DNA of 64,000 nucleotides, taken from NCBI GenBank assembly GCA_902787685.1, contig CADAHH010000003.1, forward strand, positions 9,058-73,057, read 5' to 3'. Below, piece by piece: positions 32,333 to 42,536 of this stretch (the first letter of the stretch is position 1; each line of letters begins with the position of its first letter). Made by a program: the position numbers and the translations under genes. The notes beneath the pieces are model-generated. The model saw nothing but the letters and a program-made list of their open reading frames with translations, did no database searches and had not been told where the DNA came from. The DNA comes from an uncultured Eubacteriales bacterium (lineage in GTDB: Bacteria > Bacillota > Clostridia > TANB77 > CAG-508).

Positions 32333-33400
32333 TTATTCTCCAGGTTCTGTTCCTTCTTGTTCTTCACGATATTGTATTGCTTCTTTCTTTTGTTCGTCAT
32401 CTCCATATTCTTCAACAATTCTCCATGCCAAATTCGTTGCTTCCTGACTTGTTTGTTCTACTTGTGTATTTATTTTCTCTATTCTTTCATAAAATTTTAA
32501 CTGAAATTTTTTCCATGCTGTATTCAATTTTTCTTCAATTTCTTTTAATCTTCTTTGAATTGAAGAATCATCAGAGCTTTTAGAATCATTAGAACTTTTA
32601 GTATTTTTATCGTTCTCAGATTCACCATTGTCTTTTTCTGGATTAAAAGCTTCCTCAACTATTGCTTCTGCTAATTCTTGTACATCTTTTTTAAACTCAT
32701 CTGAATTGTATCCTGGTTCTGCATGTAACTTCAATAGCTCCATTATTTCAGCATCACTTAATCCAAATGTTGTTTTAATTTTTATAAAGTAACCATTATT
32801 TTCATCAAATAGTTGATCTGAAATTATGTGTTGTGCTGATTCTACATCATTCAAAGCTGTTGTATAATCGATATCACTAATGTTACCAGCTTCTGCTATT
32901 TCTATTAACTCTCCAGTTGTATTGCAATTTGCAACTGCCTTTATAAAATCTTCAATAACTCCTATACTTAAATCGTATGCTCTTTCTTTTTTAATATTAT
33001 TTTTTTGATCTGAATCTTTGCTTTTATCTCTTGCATCTTTTATCATAGCAAAGACCCCTGTACTCTCTGCACTTTGAAGTCCTATTAACCCTTTTTGTGC
33101 TTCACTTAAATTTTCAATTGCATAATTTAGCATTTTCATATATTCCGCTTTATATCTTTCTTCTGTATTTCCTTCTTCTTCTGCTTTTTTTATTATTTCA
33201 TCGATATATTTTTCAGCAGTATTAGTAGCATTTTCTACATTTGTTGTATCTCCATTTTCTAATCCTGTAACTGCACCTGAAATATTTTCCATAACATCAT
33301 CTGTGTTTCTTCCACATCCTACCATTAATGCTGCTAAAGCTATAAAAGTGGCTCTTGCAAATATTCTTTTTATTCTTTTTACATTATCAAATAATTCCAT
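32333..33400 (-). CDS. putative lipoprotein
   Basis: Basic N-terminus, hydrophobic stretch and lipobox LMVGC. Confidence 0.7.
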   Translation of the reverse strand: MELFDNVKRIKRIFARATFIALAALMVGCGRNTDDVMENISGAVTGLENGDTTNVENATNTAEKYIDEIIKKAEEEGNTEERYKAEYMKMLNYAIENLSEAQKGLIGLQSAESTGVFAMIKDARDKSKDSDQKNNIKKERAYDLSIGVIEDFIKAVANCNTTGELIEIAEAGNISDIDYTTALNDVESAQHIISDQLFDENNGYFIKIKTTFGLSDAEIMELLKLHAEPGYNSDEFKKDVQELAEAIVEEAFNPEKDNGESENDKNTKSSNDSKSSDDSSIQRRLKEIEEKLNTAWKKFQLKFYERIEKINTQVEQTSQEATNLAWRIVEEYGDDEQKKEAIQYREEQEGTEPGE

Positions 33401-33440
33401 ATTATCACCTCATATTTTTACTTATAAATCTCCAACTTTT

Positions 33441-33500
33441 ATTATACCACAAAATGAATTTTTTTGCAAATTTGCATTTTGGGGGAGTGTGTGGTATAAT
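33441..33500. promoter_or_regulatory. back-to-back divergent sigma-A promoters
   Basis: Minus strand TTGCAA-17-TATAAT (33441-33469) and plus strand TTGCAT-17-TATAAT (33472-33500), both with a TG extension. Confidence 0.65.
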
Positions 33501-33591
33501 ATAAATAGATTCACGCTGAAGCTGGGAAGGGGTGCAGCCCCCGTGACCTAGCCGTGGCAACTGCGATGCAGTTGCAGAAAGGAGTAAAAAC

Positions 33592-33810
33592 ATGTTAGGA
33601 TACCTGTTTTTACTCGGAGTCATCTTTTTTTTGGGCATCCGCTTTTTGGTTGCCCATGCCAAGGAAATTGGCCGGTTCCTTGGTATAATCTTATGGGTTT
33701 TCGGTACAATAGGAATTTGTGTATTCCTGGTTGTGCTGGATATGGTCCCTTGGGCCATTGGGGTGGGACTACTCGGCTTCGTGATGTACCCATTCCGAAA
33801 AAAAGACTAG
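33592..33810 (+). CDS. small hydrophobic membrane protein (72 aa), GC-rich
   Basis: RBS AAAGGAG, promoter upstream and terminator downstream; almost entirely hydrophobic with a basic tail. Confidence 0.7.
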   Translation: MLGYLFLLGVIFFLGIRFLVAHAKEIGRFLGIILWVFGTIGICVFLVVLDMVPWAIGVGLLGFVMYPFRKKD

Positions 33811-33858
33811 GGCATTGGAGCTTCGGCTCCGTGCCCGCCCGCAAGGGTGCTTTTTTTT
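33811..33858 (+). terminator. rho-independent terminator
   Basis: GGAGC-TTCG-GCTCC hairpin, then GCCC-GCAA-GGGT hairpin and a T run. Confidence 0.7.
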
Positions 33859-33972
33859 GCGCAAAAAAGCAAGGCCTGACAGAAGGAATAAGAACTCTCC
33901 TAATGTCAGACCTTTTCTATTAGAAACAGGGATTTAAGTAGGCTCCCTGGTTGGCCTGGTTCGTGTCTCCAC

Positions 33973-34608
33973 TTAGCTGGGAGGCACGAACCTTTTTTTG
34001 TTATTAGCCGCGCACGCCAGTGTGATTTGTCCGACCAGGATCGAAATCACACTCATTGCATGCTCCTCTCGCACCCAGAATACGAGAGGAACGAGCTTTT
34101 TCTCCCGCTTAATGACGATCCTCGCTGTGCCGAACCACTGGGTCCATTCCCAGCTTATGTCTGGGTCGGCACAGATTGTGAGGTCGGACGGCTTCCTGAT
34201 TTTTACAAAATATGTTGGTATAATCCAGTAAGCCATCCCCATATTGTCTAGCCGAATCTGGTAAAACCGTTTCGGCATAGACACCCGAGTAAAAGGAAAA
34301 CAAATGTCAATGATGCCATTTGTCATTCCGCTACCCGCACCCGTGGCTGTTGTCGGGGCCGTGCTCGTGGTGCTCGTGGTCCGTCCTCTCCATGCTCTTA
34401 TCAGCATCACGCTGTTAATTACAAAGAGAATAGCCGTACCAAAGTACTCGACCTTGGTCCGGATGGACCACCAGCCACGTGGTTCATTTACTGCCAGGAT
34501 GGCCAGTCCCAACAGTAATGCCCATCTTACCACTCGGAGAATTTCTCTCCAGTGGCCGCGAATCCAGGCCGAGATTCGCGTTAAGGTGCCTCTTCTTTGT
34601 CTTCTCAT
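33973..34608 (-). CDS. GC-rich hypothetical membrane protein (211 aa)
   Basis: RBS AAGGAGG; two TM helices and a T/A-rich linker; TTGCTA-17-TATAAT promoter near 34735-34763. Confidence 0.65.
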   Translation of the reverse strand: MRRQRRGTLTRISAWIRGHWREILRVVRWALLLGLAILAVNEPRGWWSIRTKVEYFGTAILFVINSVMLIRAWRGRTTSTTSTAPTTATGAGSGMTNGIIDICFPFTRVSMPKRFYQIRLDNMGMAYWIIPTYFVKIRKPSDLTICADPDISWEWTQWFGTARIVIKREKKLVPLVFWVREEHAMSVISILVGQITLACAANNKKRFVPPS

Positions 34609-34855
34609 CTCGGGGCACCTCCTTTCTTTTATAATGTTATACTAAACAGCCACACCACACCCTATTGTGTGTGGGCTGGTTGCTTAAAAGAAAGGTACTC
34701 TTATCCTGCAAAGGGTAATTTCCCTGATAATATAATTATATCATTTTTTTAAGATTTTAGCAAATTGTTGAAAAATTTTGTCACTGGTACCGGAGATTTT
34801 TGGCATATTTTTAATATATTTTTTTCATACTTACAATTAAATATTCTATACTATT

Positions 34856-35806
34856 TTATAAATATGCTCTTTTATCTCCACTATCATACCTTTTCCATAA
34901 GCTATCTAATTTCATAAACCTATTATATAGCTCTTTTATTTTGTCTCTATTATAGCTTTCTCTACAATAATGATATTTTTGCTGTGTAATGTGTCTATTT
35001 TCCTCTGTAAATGTATTGTCATCAGATAATATCCAATTAAAATTATTATCTCCTAAAAACCATGTTATATCTACATTATACCATTTGTTATTCAGTTTTA
35101 CTTGATTCCATGCATGGTCTCTTTTTTTAGTTATATTAATTATTGAATTAATATCCTCCTCTGTACCTTTGCCAATACCGCGTATTATTTCACATTCTAT
35201 TCCTATATCTATTAAACACTTATATAGTGTTATTGCAAAATCCATACATACTCCTGTTCCTAACAAAACCGAATTTGCCATACAGGTTCTATAATCATGA
35301 TAATCGACATATTTTATATATTTTAATATTTGAGTCAAAATAAACATAAATTGTTCTTCTTGTAATATAAAATTATCCTTACAAATTTTAGTTAAGAATT
35401 CTATTTTTTCTATTATTAAAATATATGTATTTATATCACAATGATATATTTCATTTTTTGAATTTATTCCCTTTTCAAAATACTGTGTATCTACTATTAT
35501 TTTTCTATTTATATTATATAATTCTTTAATATCCTCATTAGTAAACAATTTTTCTTTTTCATATAAAAAAATATCTGTATTAGAAAAATACTCAATTATT
35601 TTTTTTATTAATTTTTTATCAAATAATTCATTATGTTGTATCCCTAAAGCTATACCTTTATATTTAGGTACTAAATATAAAACTTTAAAATCTGATTTTC
35701 TTTTTATATATAGATAATTTTCATTTTTTTTCAATTCATCAAAATAATCTTGATATTTTTTTCTATTCTTTTTTATTAAGTGCTTAATTTTCATTTTTTC
35801 AAACAT
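34856..35806 (-). CDS. transglutaminase-like domain protein
   Basis: GVCMDFA, HAWNQV and WYNVDITW supply the Cys-His-Asp triad motifs. Confidence 0.85.
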   Translation of the reverse strand: MFEKMKIKHLIKKNRKKYQDYFDELKKNENYLYIKRKSDFKVLYLVPKYKGIALGIQHNELFDKKLIKKIIEYFSNTDIFLYEKEKLFTNEDIKELYNINRKIIVDTQYFEKGINSKNEIYHCDINTYILIIEKIEFLTKICKDNFILQEEQFMFILTQILKYIKYVDYHDYRTCMANSVLLGTGVCMDFAITLYKCLIDIGIECEIIRGIGKGTEEDINSIINITKKRDHAWNQVKLNNKWYNVDITWFLGDNNFNWILSDDNTFTEENRHITQQKYHYCRESYNRDKIKELYNRFMKLDSLWKRYDSGDKRAYL

Positions 35807-35911
35807 AATCTGCTCCTTATATTTATGTATAATTAATCTTATATTTTTATAAAAAAATATAATGCACTAGCAAAAGCTTTATATGACTTTTACTAATGCA
35901 TTATAATTATT

Positions 35912-36001
35912 TGGCGTAGGTGAGAGGGTTCGAACCTCCGCGCCGATGACTCGACCTAGCAGTTTAGCAAACTGCCCCCTTCACCACTTGGGTACACCTA
36001 C
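35912..36001 (-). tRNA. tRNA-Ser(GCT)
   Basis: Acceptor GTAGGTG/CACCTAC, anticodon arm GCAGT-TT GCT AA-ACTGC, long variable arm, GGTTCGAACC, encoded CCA. Confidence 0.95.
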
Positions 36002-36060
36002 ATTTTTTATAAAAAATACGTAGAATATTGTTTGTGGCAATTTTTCTACGTTTTTGGTTT

Positions 36061-36151
<91 letters not shown>

Positions 36152-36247
36152 ATGTATTGTGATTTTCATCAGCAACATAAGATATCTTAACATATAAATT
36201 ATTAGTTTGTCAATAGTTTTTTTGTTTTATTTTGAAATCTTTGTTAC

Positions 36248-36508
36248 TTATCCCTCATAATGTCCTTTACAAGATATAATCATAAGATTTTTATTTTCAT
36301 CAAAATTATAAACAAGTCTATGCTCTTGCGTTATCCTTCTACTCCACGCTTTTCTGTGCCTCAATGGCTCTGGCTTACCTATTCCTTTATTTAATCCGTT
36401 TCTATTAATATCTTTTATTAAATCATTTATTTTTCTTGCAATTGTCCTATCTTTTAATTGCCACTCTGTATATTGGTACCATGCTTCATCAGAAAAATTA
36501 TTGCTCAC
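36248..36508 (-). CDS. yoeB: Txe/YoeB family toxin
   Basis: FSDEAW..KINDLIKDI..GIGKPEPL..WSRRITQEHRLVY..SCKGHY. Confidence 0.92.
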   Translation of the reverse strand: MSNNFSDEAWYQYTEWQLKDRTIARKINDLIKDINRNGLNKGIGKPEPLRHRKAWSRRITQEHRLVYNFDENKNLMIISCKGHYEG

Positions 36509-36767
36509 CTGTCATAGCCTCCAAATCTTCAATTGTTTTTGAAACATATTTTCCTTCTTTTAACTGTTGCAATGATTTATCTATCATTGCTAAATATTCT
36601 GCGTTTTTTAATGCTCTCATTACTTCATTATAATGTTCAAGACTAATTAGAACAACATTTTTTTCATCTTTTCTTGTTACTATTACAGTTTCATTTTCGT
36701 CTGTAGCTTTATCACAATAATCTTTTAAATTTCTTCTGATTGTTGAATAATTAACGGCTACCATACT
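36498..36767 (-). CDS. yefM: Phd/YefM family antitoxin
   Basis: VNYSTIRRNLK..D..VIVTRK..VVLISLE; overlaps the toxin start; TGTAC-type repeats upstream. Confidence 0.9.
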   Translation of the reverse strand, partial: SMVAVNYSTIRRNLKDYCDKATDENETVIVTRKDEKNVVLISLEHYNEVMRALKNAEYLAMIDKSLQQLKEGKYVSKTIEDLEAMTGEQ

Positions 36768-36886
36768 AAACACCACCTTTCATTTATGTTACAATTATTG
36801 TACTTAATATTGTACCATATTATTATATGCAAGTCAATAATAATTATACACTTTTAATATTTTTTTATTTCATAAATGGAAAGTAA

Positions 36887-36935
36887 AATCTAATTTCTCC
36901 AATCTCACTTCCCACATCTAACCTCTCACATCTTT
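36887..36935. repeat. degenerate 7-bp tandem repeat (7 units)
   Basis: AATCTAA TTTCTCC AATCTCA CTTCCCA CATCTAA CCTCTCA CATCTTT. Confidence 0.55.
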
Positions 36936-36937
36936 TT

Positions 36938-37786
36938 TCAATTTTTGATTAATCCTAAAATTCTCTCTAAATCATCATTATTTGTATAATTTATTATAAT
37001 TTTTCCACTTCTTTTTCCTGCATCTACTTTAACTTTTGTGCCAAAAAATCCTTGGAAAGTATCTTCTATATCTTTATATACATATTCATATTTTCTTGCT
37101 ATTTTAGAGTTATTCTTTTTATGCTGTGCTTTTTTTTCTGCCATACGAACAGTGTCTCCATTTTCAACTATTCTTAGAGCTGTTTTTATCTGTTCTTCAG
37201 GATCTTGTATAGCAAGTAATGCTTTACAATGACCTTCTGTTAGTTTACCTTGTTTTGCTAAATCAAGCACTTCAGGACACAAATTTAAAATTCTTACAGA
37301 ATTTGCAATTGCACTTCTACTTTTTCCAAGTTGTTTTGCTATTTCTTCTTGTGTTAAATTATATTCATCCATTAAAGCCCTGATACCATATGCTTTTTCA
37401 ACCGCATTTAAATTTTCTCTTTGAATATTTTCTATTAAAGAAATTTGTTTATTTGTTTTATCATCATCTTCTCTAATAATTGCGGGTATTTCCTTTAATC
37501 CCGCTTTTTTAGCAGCTCTCCATCTTCTTTCACCTGCAATTATTGAATAATATCCGTCTTTTTTAGTAACAACTATTGGCTGTATAACTCCATACATTTT
37601 AATTGACTCTGAAAGTTCTGAAATAGCTTCTTCATCAAATTTCTTTCTTGCTTGTTCTCTATTAGGTTCAATATCTGTAATTTTTAAATTTTTCAAAACA
37701 TCATTTTCTTGTTGTTTTTCTTCGTCAGCTATTGGCATTGAAAACAATGCATCTAGGCCTTTTCCTAGTCCTGTCATTTTAGCCAT
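36938..37786 (-). CDS. parB: ParB/Spo0J chromosome partitioning protein
   Basis: GLGKGLDAL, PNREQARK, IIAGERRWRA, LIENIQRENL and HTH KSRSAIANSVR. Confidence 0.95.
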   Translation of the reverse strand: MAKMTGLGKGLDALFSMPIADEEKQQENDVLKNLKITDIEPNREQARKKFDEEAISELSESIKMYGVIQPIVVTKKDGYYSIIAGERRWRAAKKAGLKEIPAIIREDDDKTNKQISLIENIQRENLNAVEKAYGIRALMDEYNLTQEEIAKQLGKSRSAIANSVRILNLCPEVLDLAKQGKLTEGHCKALLAIQDPEEQIKTALRIVENGDTVRMAEKKAQHKKNNSKIARKYEYVYKDIEDTFQGFFGTKVKVDAGKRSGKIIINYTNNDDLERILGLIKN

Positions 37787-37822
37787 AATATCTCCTCCTT
37801 TTTTATTATTCATTTTCCACCT

Positions 37823-38599
37823 CTAACCTCTAGCTTCTGCTTCATTATACTTCAAAAACTCTCTCGTAAACTTCTCATAACTTCTTGCACCTTTAGATTT
37901 TGGATCATAAACTGAAATTGGCATACCATAACTTGGTGCTTCACTTACTCTTACATTTCTTGGAATTACTGTTTTATACACTTTATTTTGAAAGAATTTT
38001 TTTACTTCTCTTACAACTTGATTCGCTAGATTTGTTCTTATGTCATACATTGTAAGTAAAGCTCCTTCAATATATAGGTTTTTATTTAAATGTTTCCTTA
38101 CAAGTTCAACAGTATTTAAAAGTTGTCCTAATCCTTCTAATGCAAAATATTCGCACTGAACTGGTATAAGTACACTATCAGATGCTGTAAACGCATTTAA
38201 TGTAATTAATCCAAGTGATGGTGGACAATCTATTATAATATAATCATATTTGTTTTTTATAACATCAATTTTTTCCTTCATTCTCTGTTCTCTAGACATC
38301 ATTGAAACAAGCTGAACCTCAGCACCTGCAAGATTTATATTTGATGGAGAAATATCTAGATTCTTAATAGCTGTATCTTGTATGATTTCTTCTGCTGTAA
38401 CATCAGAAATTAATAAATCATACGTAGATAATTCTACATTTTTATCTATTCCCAAACCACTTGTTGCATTACCTTGTGGATCTGTGTCAATTAATAAAAC
38501 TTTTTTACCTTTTTTTGCTAAAAGTGTGCTTAAATTAACCGCTGTAGTGGTTTTTCCAACTCCGCCTTTTTGATTAGCAATTGATACTACTTTTCCCAC
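37823..38599 (-). CDS. parA: ParA/Soj ATPase
   Basis: NQKGGVGKTT, DPQGNAT, DCPPSLG, PVQCEYFALEG and IPRNVRVSEAPS. Confidence 0.95.
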   Translation of the reverse strand: MGKVVSIANQKGGVGKTTTAVNLSTLLAKKGKKVLLIDTDPQGNATSGLGIDKNVELSTYDLLISDVTAEEIIQDTAIKNLDISPSNINLAGAEVQLVSMMSREQRMKEKIDVIKNKYDYIIIDCPPSLGLITLNAFTASDSVLIPVQCEYFALEGLGQLLNTVELVRKHLNKNLYIEGALLTMYDIRTNLANQVVREVKKFFQNKVYKTVIPRNVRVSEAPSYGMPISVYDPKSKGARSYEKFTREFLKYNEAEARG

Positions 38600-38759
38600 T
38601 TTTCTCCCTCCAATAGAATTATTTTTTTGTCACAATTATAATATACAAATATTTGTTAGATGTCAATATTTTTCGTATGATTTTTTTGGTTATAGTTTTA
38701 TAAAGCTTAATTAAGTAACACATAATACGATAGTTCTTTTTATTTACATTAATTTATAT

Positions 38760-38971
38760 TTTCATAGTTAATATATTAATATTTTTCAAAAAATCTCGGC
38801 TCAATACACATTAAAGAAATTCTAATTAAATAAAACGAGCCTCTTTCACTCAGACCCTCTGCGCTGCGCTTGAGTACCGTGAACATCCCTCGTTTTATTT
38901 AATAAGAATTTCTAATAATGCTCCAATCGCATTCGATTTGTTTTCAGAATATTAATATATTAACTATGAAA
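38760..38971. repeat. long structured palindromic element, family A copy 1
   Basis: Nested inverted repeats; shares sequence blocks with 43934..44130 in the opposite orientation. Confidence 0.75.
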
Positions 38972-39044
38972 GAATTATTAAATAACATTTACTATTTTAT
39001 TAAAAAATATGTAATTTTTATTTACATTAGGCTTTTTCGACAAT

Positions 39045-39060
39045 TGTTCCACGTGAAGTT
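39045..39060. promoter_or_regulatory. parS-like site
   Basis: TGTTCCACGTGAAGTT, 13/16 match to TGTTNCACGTGAAACA, upstream of parAB. Confidence 0.55.
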
Positions 39061-39186
39061 ATATAAAAAAGACAAAAATAAAAAGCCACAAAAAGTAGCT
39101 TTCTATTATTATATTTTTTCTCTTTTTTATGGAGCACATTGCGCTCCTATAGAAATAAAGCCGAATGAAATTTTCCTTAATAAAAA

Positions 39187-39939
39187 CTATTTTATTGTTA
39201 TTGGTTCTTTTGCAGGTAATCCAGCTTTTCTTGGATACATTTTAGGTGTGTACTGTTCTTTTTCTACTATAATTATATTTCTTTTAATATCAGAATCAGG
39301 TAATGTAAATTCATCTCTTGATATTATTTTGCCACCCAACACTTTAATTGCATATTGTGCATTTTTTAATTCTTCTTCTATTTCACTACCTTTCATACAT
39401 ATCATCTTTCCTCCAATTTTAACAAAAGGAAGTAAATATTCTGAAAGTGTGGATAAATTTGCAACAGCTCTTGCAATTGAAACATCATATTTTTCTCTAT
39501 ATAATATATCTTTTCCACAGTCTTCAGACCTAGAGTGTATAGTTTCCACATTTTTCAAATCTAATTCTTTTATCACTTCATTTAAAAAGTTTATTCTTTT
39601 ATTTAAAGAGTCTAATAGGGTTATTTTAACATTTGGCATCATAATTGCAATTGGTATTCCTGGGAATCCTGCTCCTGTTCCCACATCAATTATGTTGTCC
39701 TTTTCATTAATATATTTTAATACTGTAAGAGAATCCACAAAATGCTTTAATATTATTTCATCTTCATCTGTTATTGCTGTTAAATTAATCTTTTTATTCC
39801 ATTCTAATAAAAGTTCCATGTATTTATGAAATTTTTCTATTTGATTAATACTTATTTTGATATTTAATCTATTTAATAACTGTTTAAACTCTTCAACCAC
39901 TTTATCATTTTTCATCCTGTTTATATCTTTCTTATACAT
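39187..39939 (-). CDS. rsmG: 16S rRNA (guanine527-N7)-methyltransferase
   Basis: WNKKINLTAI, KHFVDSL, DVGTGAGFPG, ARAVA and YPRKAGLP; exact start uncertain. Confidence 0.95.
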   Translation of the reverse strand: MYKKDINRMKNDKVVEEFKQLLNRLNIKISINQIEKFHKYMELLLEWNKKINLTAITDEDEIILKHFVDSLTVLKYINEKDNIIDVGTGAGFPGIPIAIMMPNVKITLLDSLNKRINFLNEVIKELDLKNVETIHSRSEDCGKDILYREKYDVSIARAVANLSTLSEYLLPFVKIGGKMICMKGSEIEEELKNAQYAIKVLGGKIISRDEFTLPDSDIKRNIIIVEKEQYTPKMYPRKAGLPAKEPITIK

Positions 39940-40015
39940 TTATAATTAATTTAATTTCCTTTTTAATTACTATCTTAACTCATCATCCATATTTTCTATA
40001 AATCAAATTAAAAAT

Positions 40016-40270
40016 TCACATCTCTGGAGCTTTTATTTTTTCTCCTAATCTTCGTACTAAGGAATGCCCAATTTCTTCTGTATCTGTGCGACCAAGTTCA
40101 TTTAAAGCAAGTCCAAGATTTCTCCAACTTTCTGCCTCCATGTTTCTAACCTCACGACCATTTGGAAGCTGGATTTTTGAAATTTCTTGTACTATTATAG
40201 GGACACTTCTTTTTACAAATTTATCATATAGTTTTTGACCTGACCTAAAATCATCACTATTTTTACTCAT
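40016..40270 (-). CDS. small hypothetical protein (84 aa)
   Basis: RBS GAGGGGG; lies between mnmG and rsmG. Confidence 0.6.
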   Translation of the reverse strand: MSKNSDDFRSGQKLYDKFVKRSVPIIVQEISKIQLPNGREVRNMEAESWRNLGLALNELGRTDTEEIGHSLVRRLGEKIKAPEM

Positions 40271-40300
40271 TATTTTTCCCCCTCATTACTTTTGAAGAAA

Positions 40301-42178
40301 TTATACCACACTCTTCCCCATTTGTAAATATATCAAAAGCACATTTATATCTGCTGGAGAGACTCCCGAGATTCTTGATGCTTGTCCAATTGATGTTGGT
40401 TTTATTTTATTAAGCTTTTGTCTTGCTTCGATTCTTAATCCTTTTATTTCTTCATAATTAATATCTTCTGATAGTTTTTTGTTCTCCATCTTTTCAAATT
40501 TTTCAACTTGCTCTTCTTCCATTTTAATATAGCCTTCATATTTAACTTGAATTTCTACTTCTTCTTGAACTGCTATATCAAGTTCAGGTCTATATTCATC
40601 AATTTCTTTAAGTGCTTTATAAGTAAGCTCTGTCCTTTTTAATAATTCTGACATTTTTGAGCCTGTTTGTAGAGGAGTTGTTCCATGTTCCACAAGAAAC
40701 ATATTTACTTTATCACTTGGTTTTACTATAGTTTGCTTTAATCTTTTAATCTCTTTTTCTATGTTTTCTTTTTTTGTTAAAAATCTTTCATATCTTTCAT
40801 CAGAAATCAATCCTACATCATGTCCTATTTTTGTTAATCTTAAATCTGCATTATCTTGCCTTAATAATAATCTATATTCAGCACGTGAGGTCATCATTCT
40901 ATATGGCTCATTTGTTCCTTTTGTAACAATATCATCAATTAAAACCCCAATATATCCTTGTGTTCGATCTAATATAATTGGTTCTTTTCCTTTAATTTTT
41001 TGGGTTGCATTTATTCCTGCTATTAAACCTTGGCATGCTGCTTCTTCATATCCAGATGTTCCATTAGTTTGACCTGCAAAAAATAATCCGCTTATATTTT
41101 TATACTCTAATGATAGTTTTAATTCTGATGGATCTATACAATCATATTCTATTGCATAAGCAGGTCTGGTAAATTCACAATGTTCTAATCCTGGTAAAGT
41201 TCTATACATTGCAATTTGAACATCCTCAGGAAGTGATGAACTCATTCCTTGTGCATACATTTCATCAGTATCTAATCCAATTGGTTCAATAAAAATTTGA
41301 TGTCTTTTTTTATCTGCAAATCTTACAACTTTATCTTCAATAGATGGACAATATCTTGGACCTGTTCCTTCTATCATTCCTGCATATAATGGTGATCTAT
41401 GTAAATTTGCTCTAATTATTTTATGTGTTTCTTCATTTGTATATGTTAAATAACAATCTTGTTGTTCAAATTCTTTAATTTCATCATCTAAAGAAAATGG
41501 AACTATATTTTCATCACCTTTTTGAACCTCCATCTTAGAAAAATCAATACTTTTTCTATTAATTCTAGCAGGTGTGCCTGTTTTAAATCTAACTATTTTT
41601 ACGCCTAAATCTTTTAAACATTCTGATAGTTTATTTGCAGGGAATACACCATCTGGACCACTTTCTTTTGAAAATTCTCCTATAAAGATTTTTCCTTTCA
41701 AATATGTTCCAGTAGATACTATAACAGCTTTTACATTATAAACTGCCCCTACATCTGTTTCTATGGAAACTACTTTTCCATCTTCAACATTAATTTTAGT
41801 AATCTCAGCCTGTTTTAATTCTAGATTATCTTGTTTTTCTAAAGTATGTTTCATTTCCATTTGATATCTTTTTCTATCAGCTTGCGCTCTTAAAGAATGC
41901 ACAGCTGGACCTTTAGATGTATTTAACATTTTTATTTGTATCATGGTTTTGTCTATGTTTTTACCCATTTCTCCACCAAGTGCATCTATTTCTCTAACCA
42001 AATGACCTTTTGAGCTTCCTCCAATATGAGGATTACATGGCATATTAGCAACTGCTTCTAAACTTATTGAAAAAATAAGTGTTTTCATTCCCATTCTAGC
42101 ACATGCTAATCCTGCTTCACATCCTGCATGTCCTGCTCCAATTACAGCAACATCATAATCTCCTGCATTATATTTCAT
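40301..42178 (-). CDS. mnmG: tRNA U34 carboxymethylaminomethyl modification enzyme MnmG (GidA)
   Basis: [43 protein letters not shown] and [14 protein letters not shown]. Confidence 0.97.
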   Translation of the reverse strand: MKYNAGDYDVAVIGAGHAGCEAGLACARMGMKTLIFSISLEAVANMPCNPHIGGSSKGHLVREIDALGGEMGKNIDKTMIQIKMLNTSKGPAVHSLRAQADRKRYQMEMKHTLEKQDNLELKQAEITKINVEDGKVVSIETDVGAVYNVKAVIVSTGTYLKGKIFIGEFSKESGPDGVFPANKLSECLKDLGVKIVRFKTGTPARINRKSIDFSKMEVQKGDENIVPFSLDDEIKEFEQQDCYLTYTNEETHKIIRANLHRSPLYAGMIEGTGPRYCPSIEDKVVRFADKKRHQIFIEPIGLDTDEMYAQGMSSSLPEDVQIAMYRTLPGLEHCEFTRPAYAIEYDCIDPSELKLSLEYKNISGLFFAGQTNGTSGYEEAACQGLIAGINATQKIKGKEPIILDRTQGYIGVLIDDIVTKGTNEPYRMMTSRAEYRLLLRQDNADLRLTKIGHDVGLISDERYERFLTKKENIEKEIKRLKQTIVKPSDKVNMFLVEHGTTPLQTGSKMSELLKRTELTYKALKEIDEYRPELDIAVQEEVEIQVKYEGYIKMEEEQVEKFEKMENKKLSEDINYEEIKGLRIEARQKLNKIKPTSIGQASRISGVSPADINVLLIYLQMGKSVV

Positions 42179-42536
42179 TGTTTTAATCCTTTCATTATTT
42201 CCAATTTATTTTTACCTTTTATTTAAAGAAATTTTTTAGGTTGGAAGTCAGAACTCCAACATCTTATTTTTCACCCTACATATTATAATAAATATAACTA
42301 TATGTTATTTGTGAAACAAAAACAAGTGTTTTGGTTTTGTGATATACTAATTATTCTACTCTTTTATATCATCTGTCAAAAAAACAAAATAAGCGCTTTT
42401 TATTCTTCAGCGACAAGTTGTATGGTTTAATAATTTAAAGTCTTTATTTTTGATTCTCGTGCCTTTAAAAATATTTTTAAACTAAAATTTATGTCATTGA
42501 GGTTTGGAAAAGAATTGTAATTATTTTTCAAACTGA

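Noticed and set aside
8810-35912. Integrative conjugative element inserted at tRNA-Ser
   Set aside because: The region lies 3' of the tRNAs, but I found no integrase, relaxase, coupling protein or duplicated tRNA 3' end.
38918-39829. 303-aa plus-strand ORF
   Set aside because: Antisense shadow of rsmG extending over the parS-like and intergenic DNA; no recognisable motif or RBS.
42303-42318. Second parS-like site TGTTATTTGTGAAACA
   Set aside because: Three mismatches fall in the central CAC core; too weak to call.
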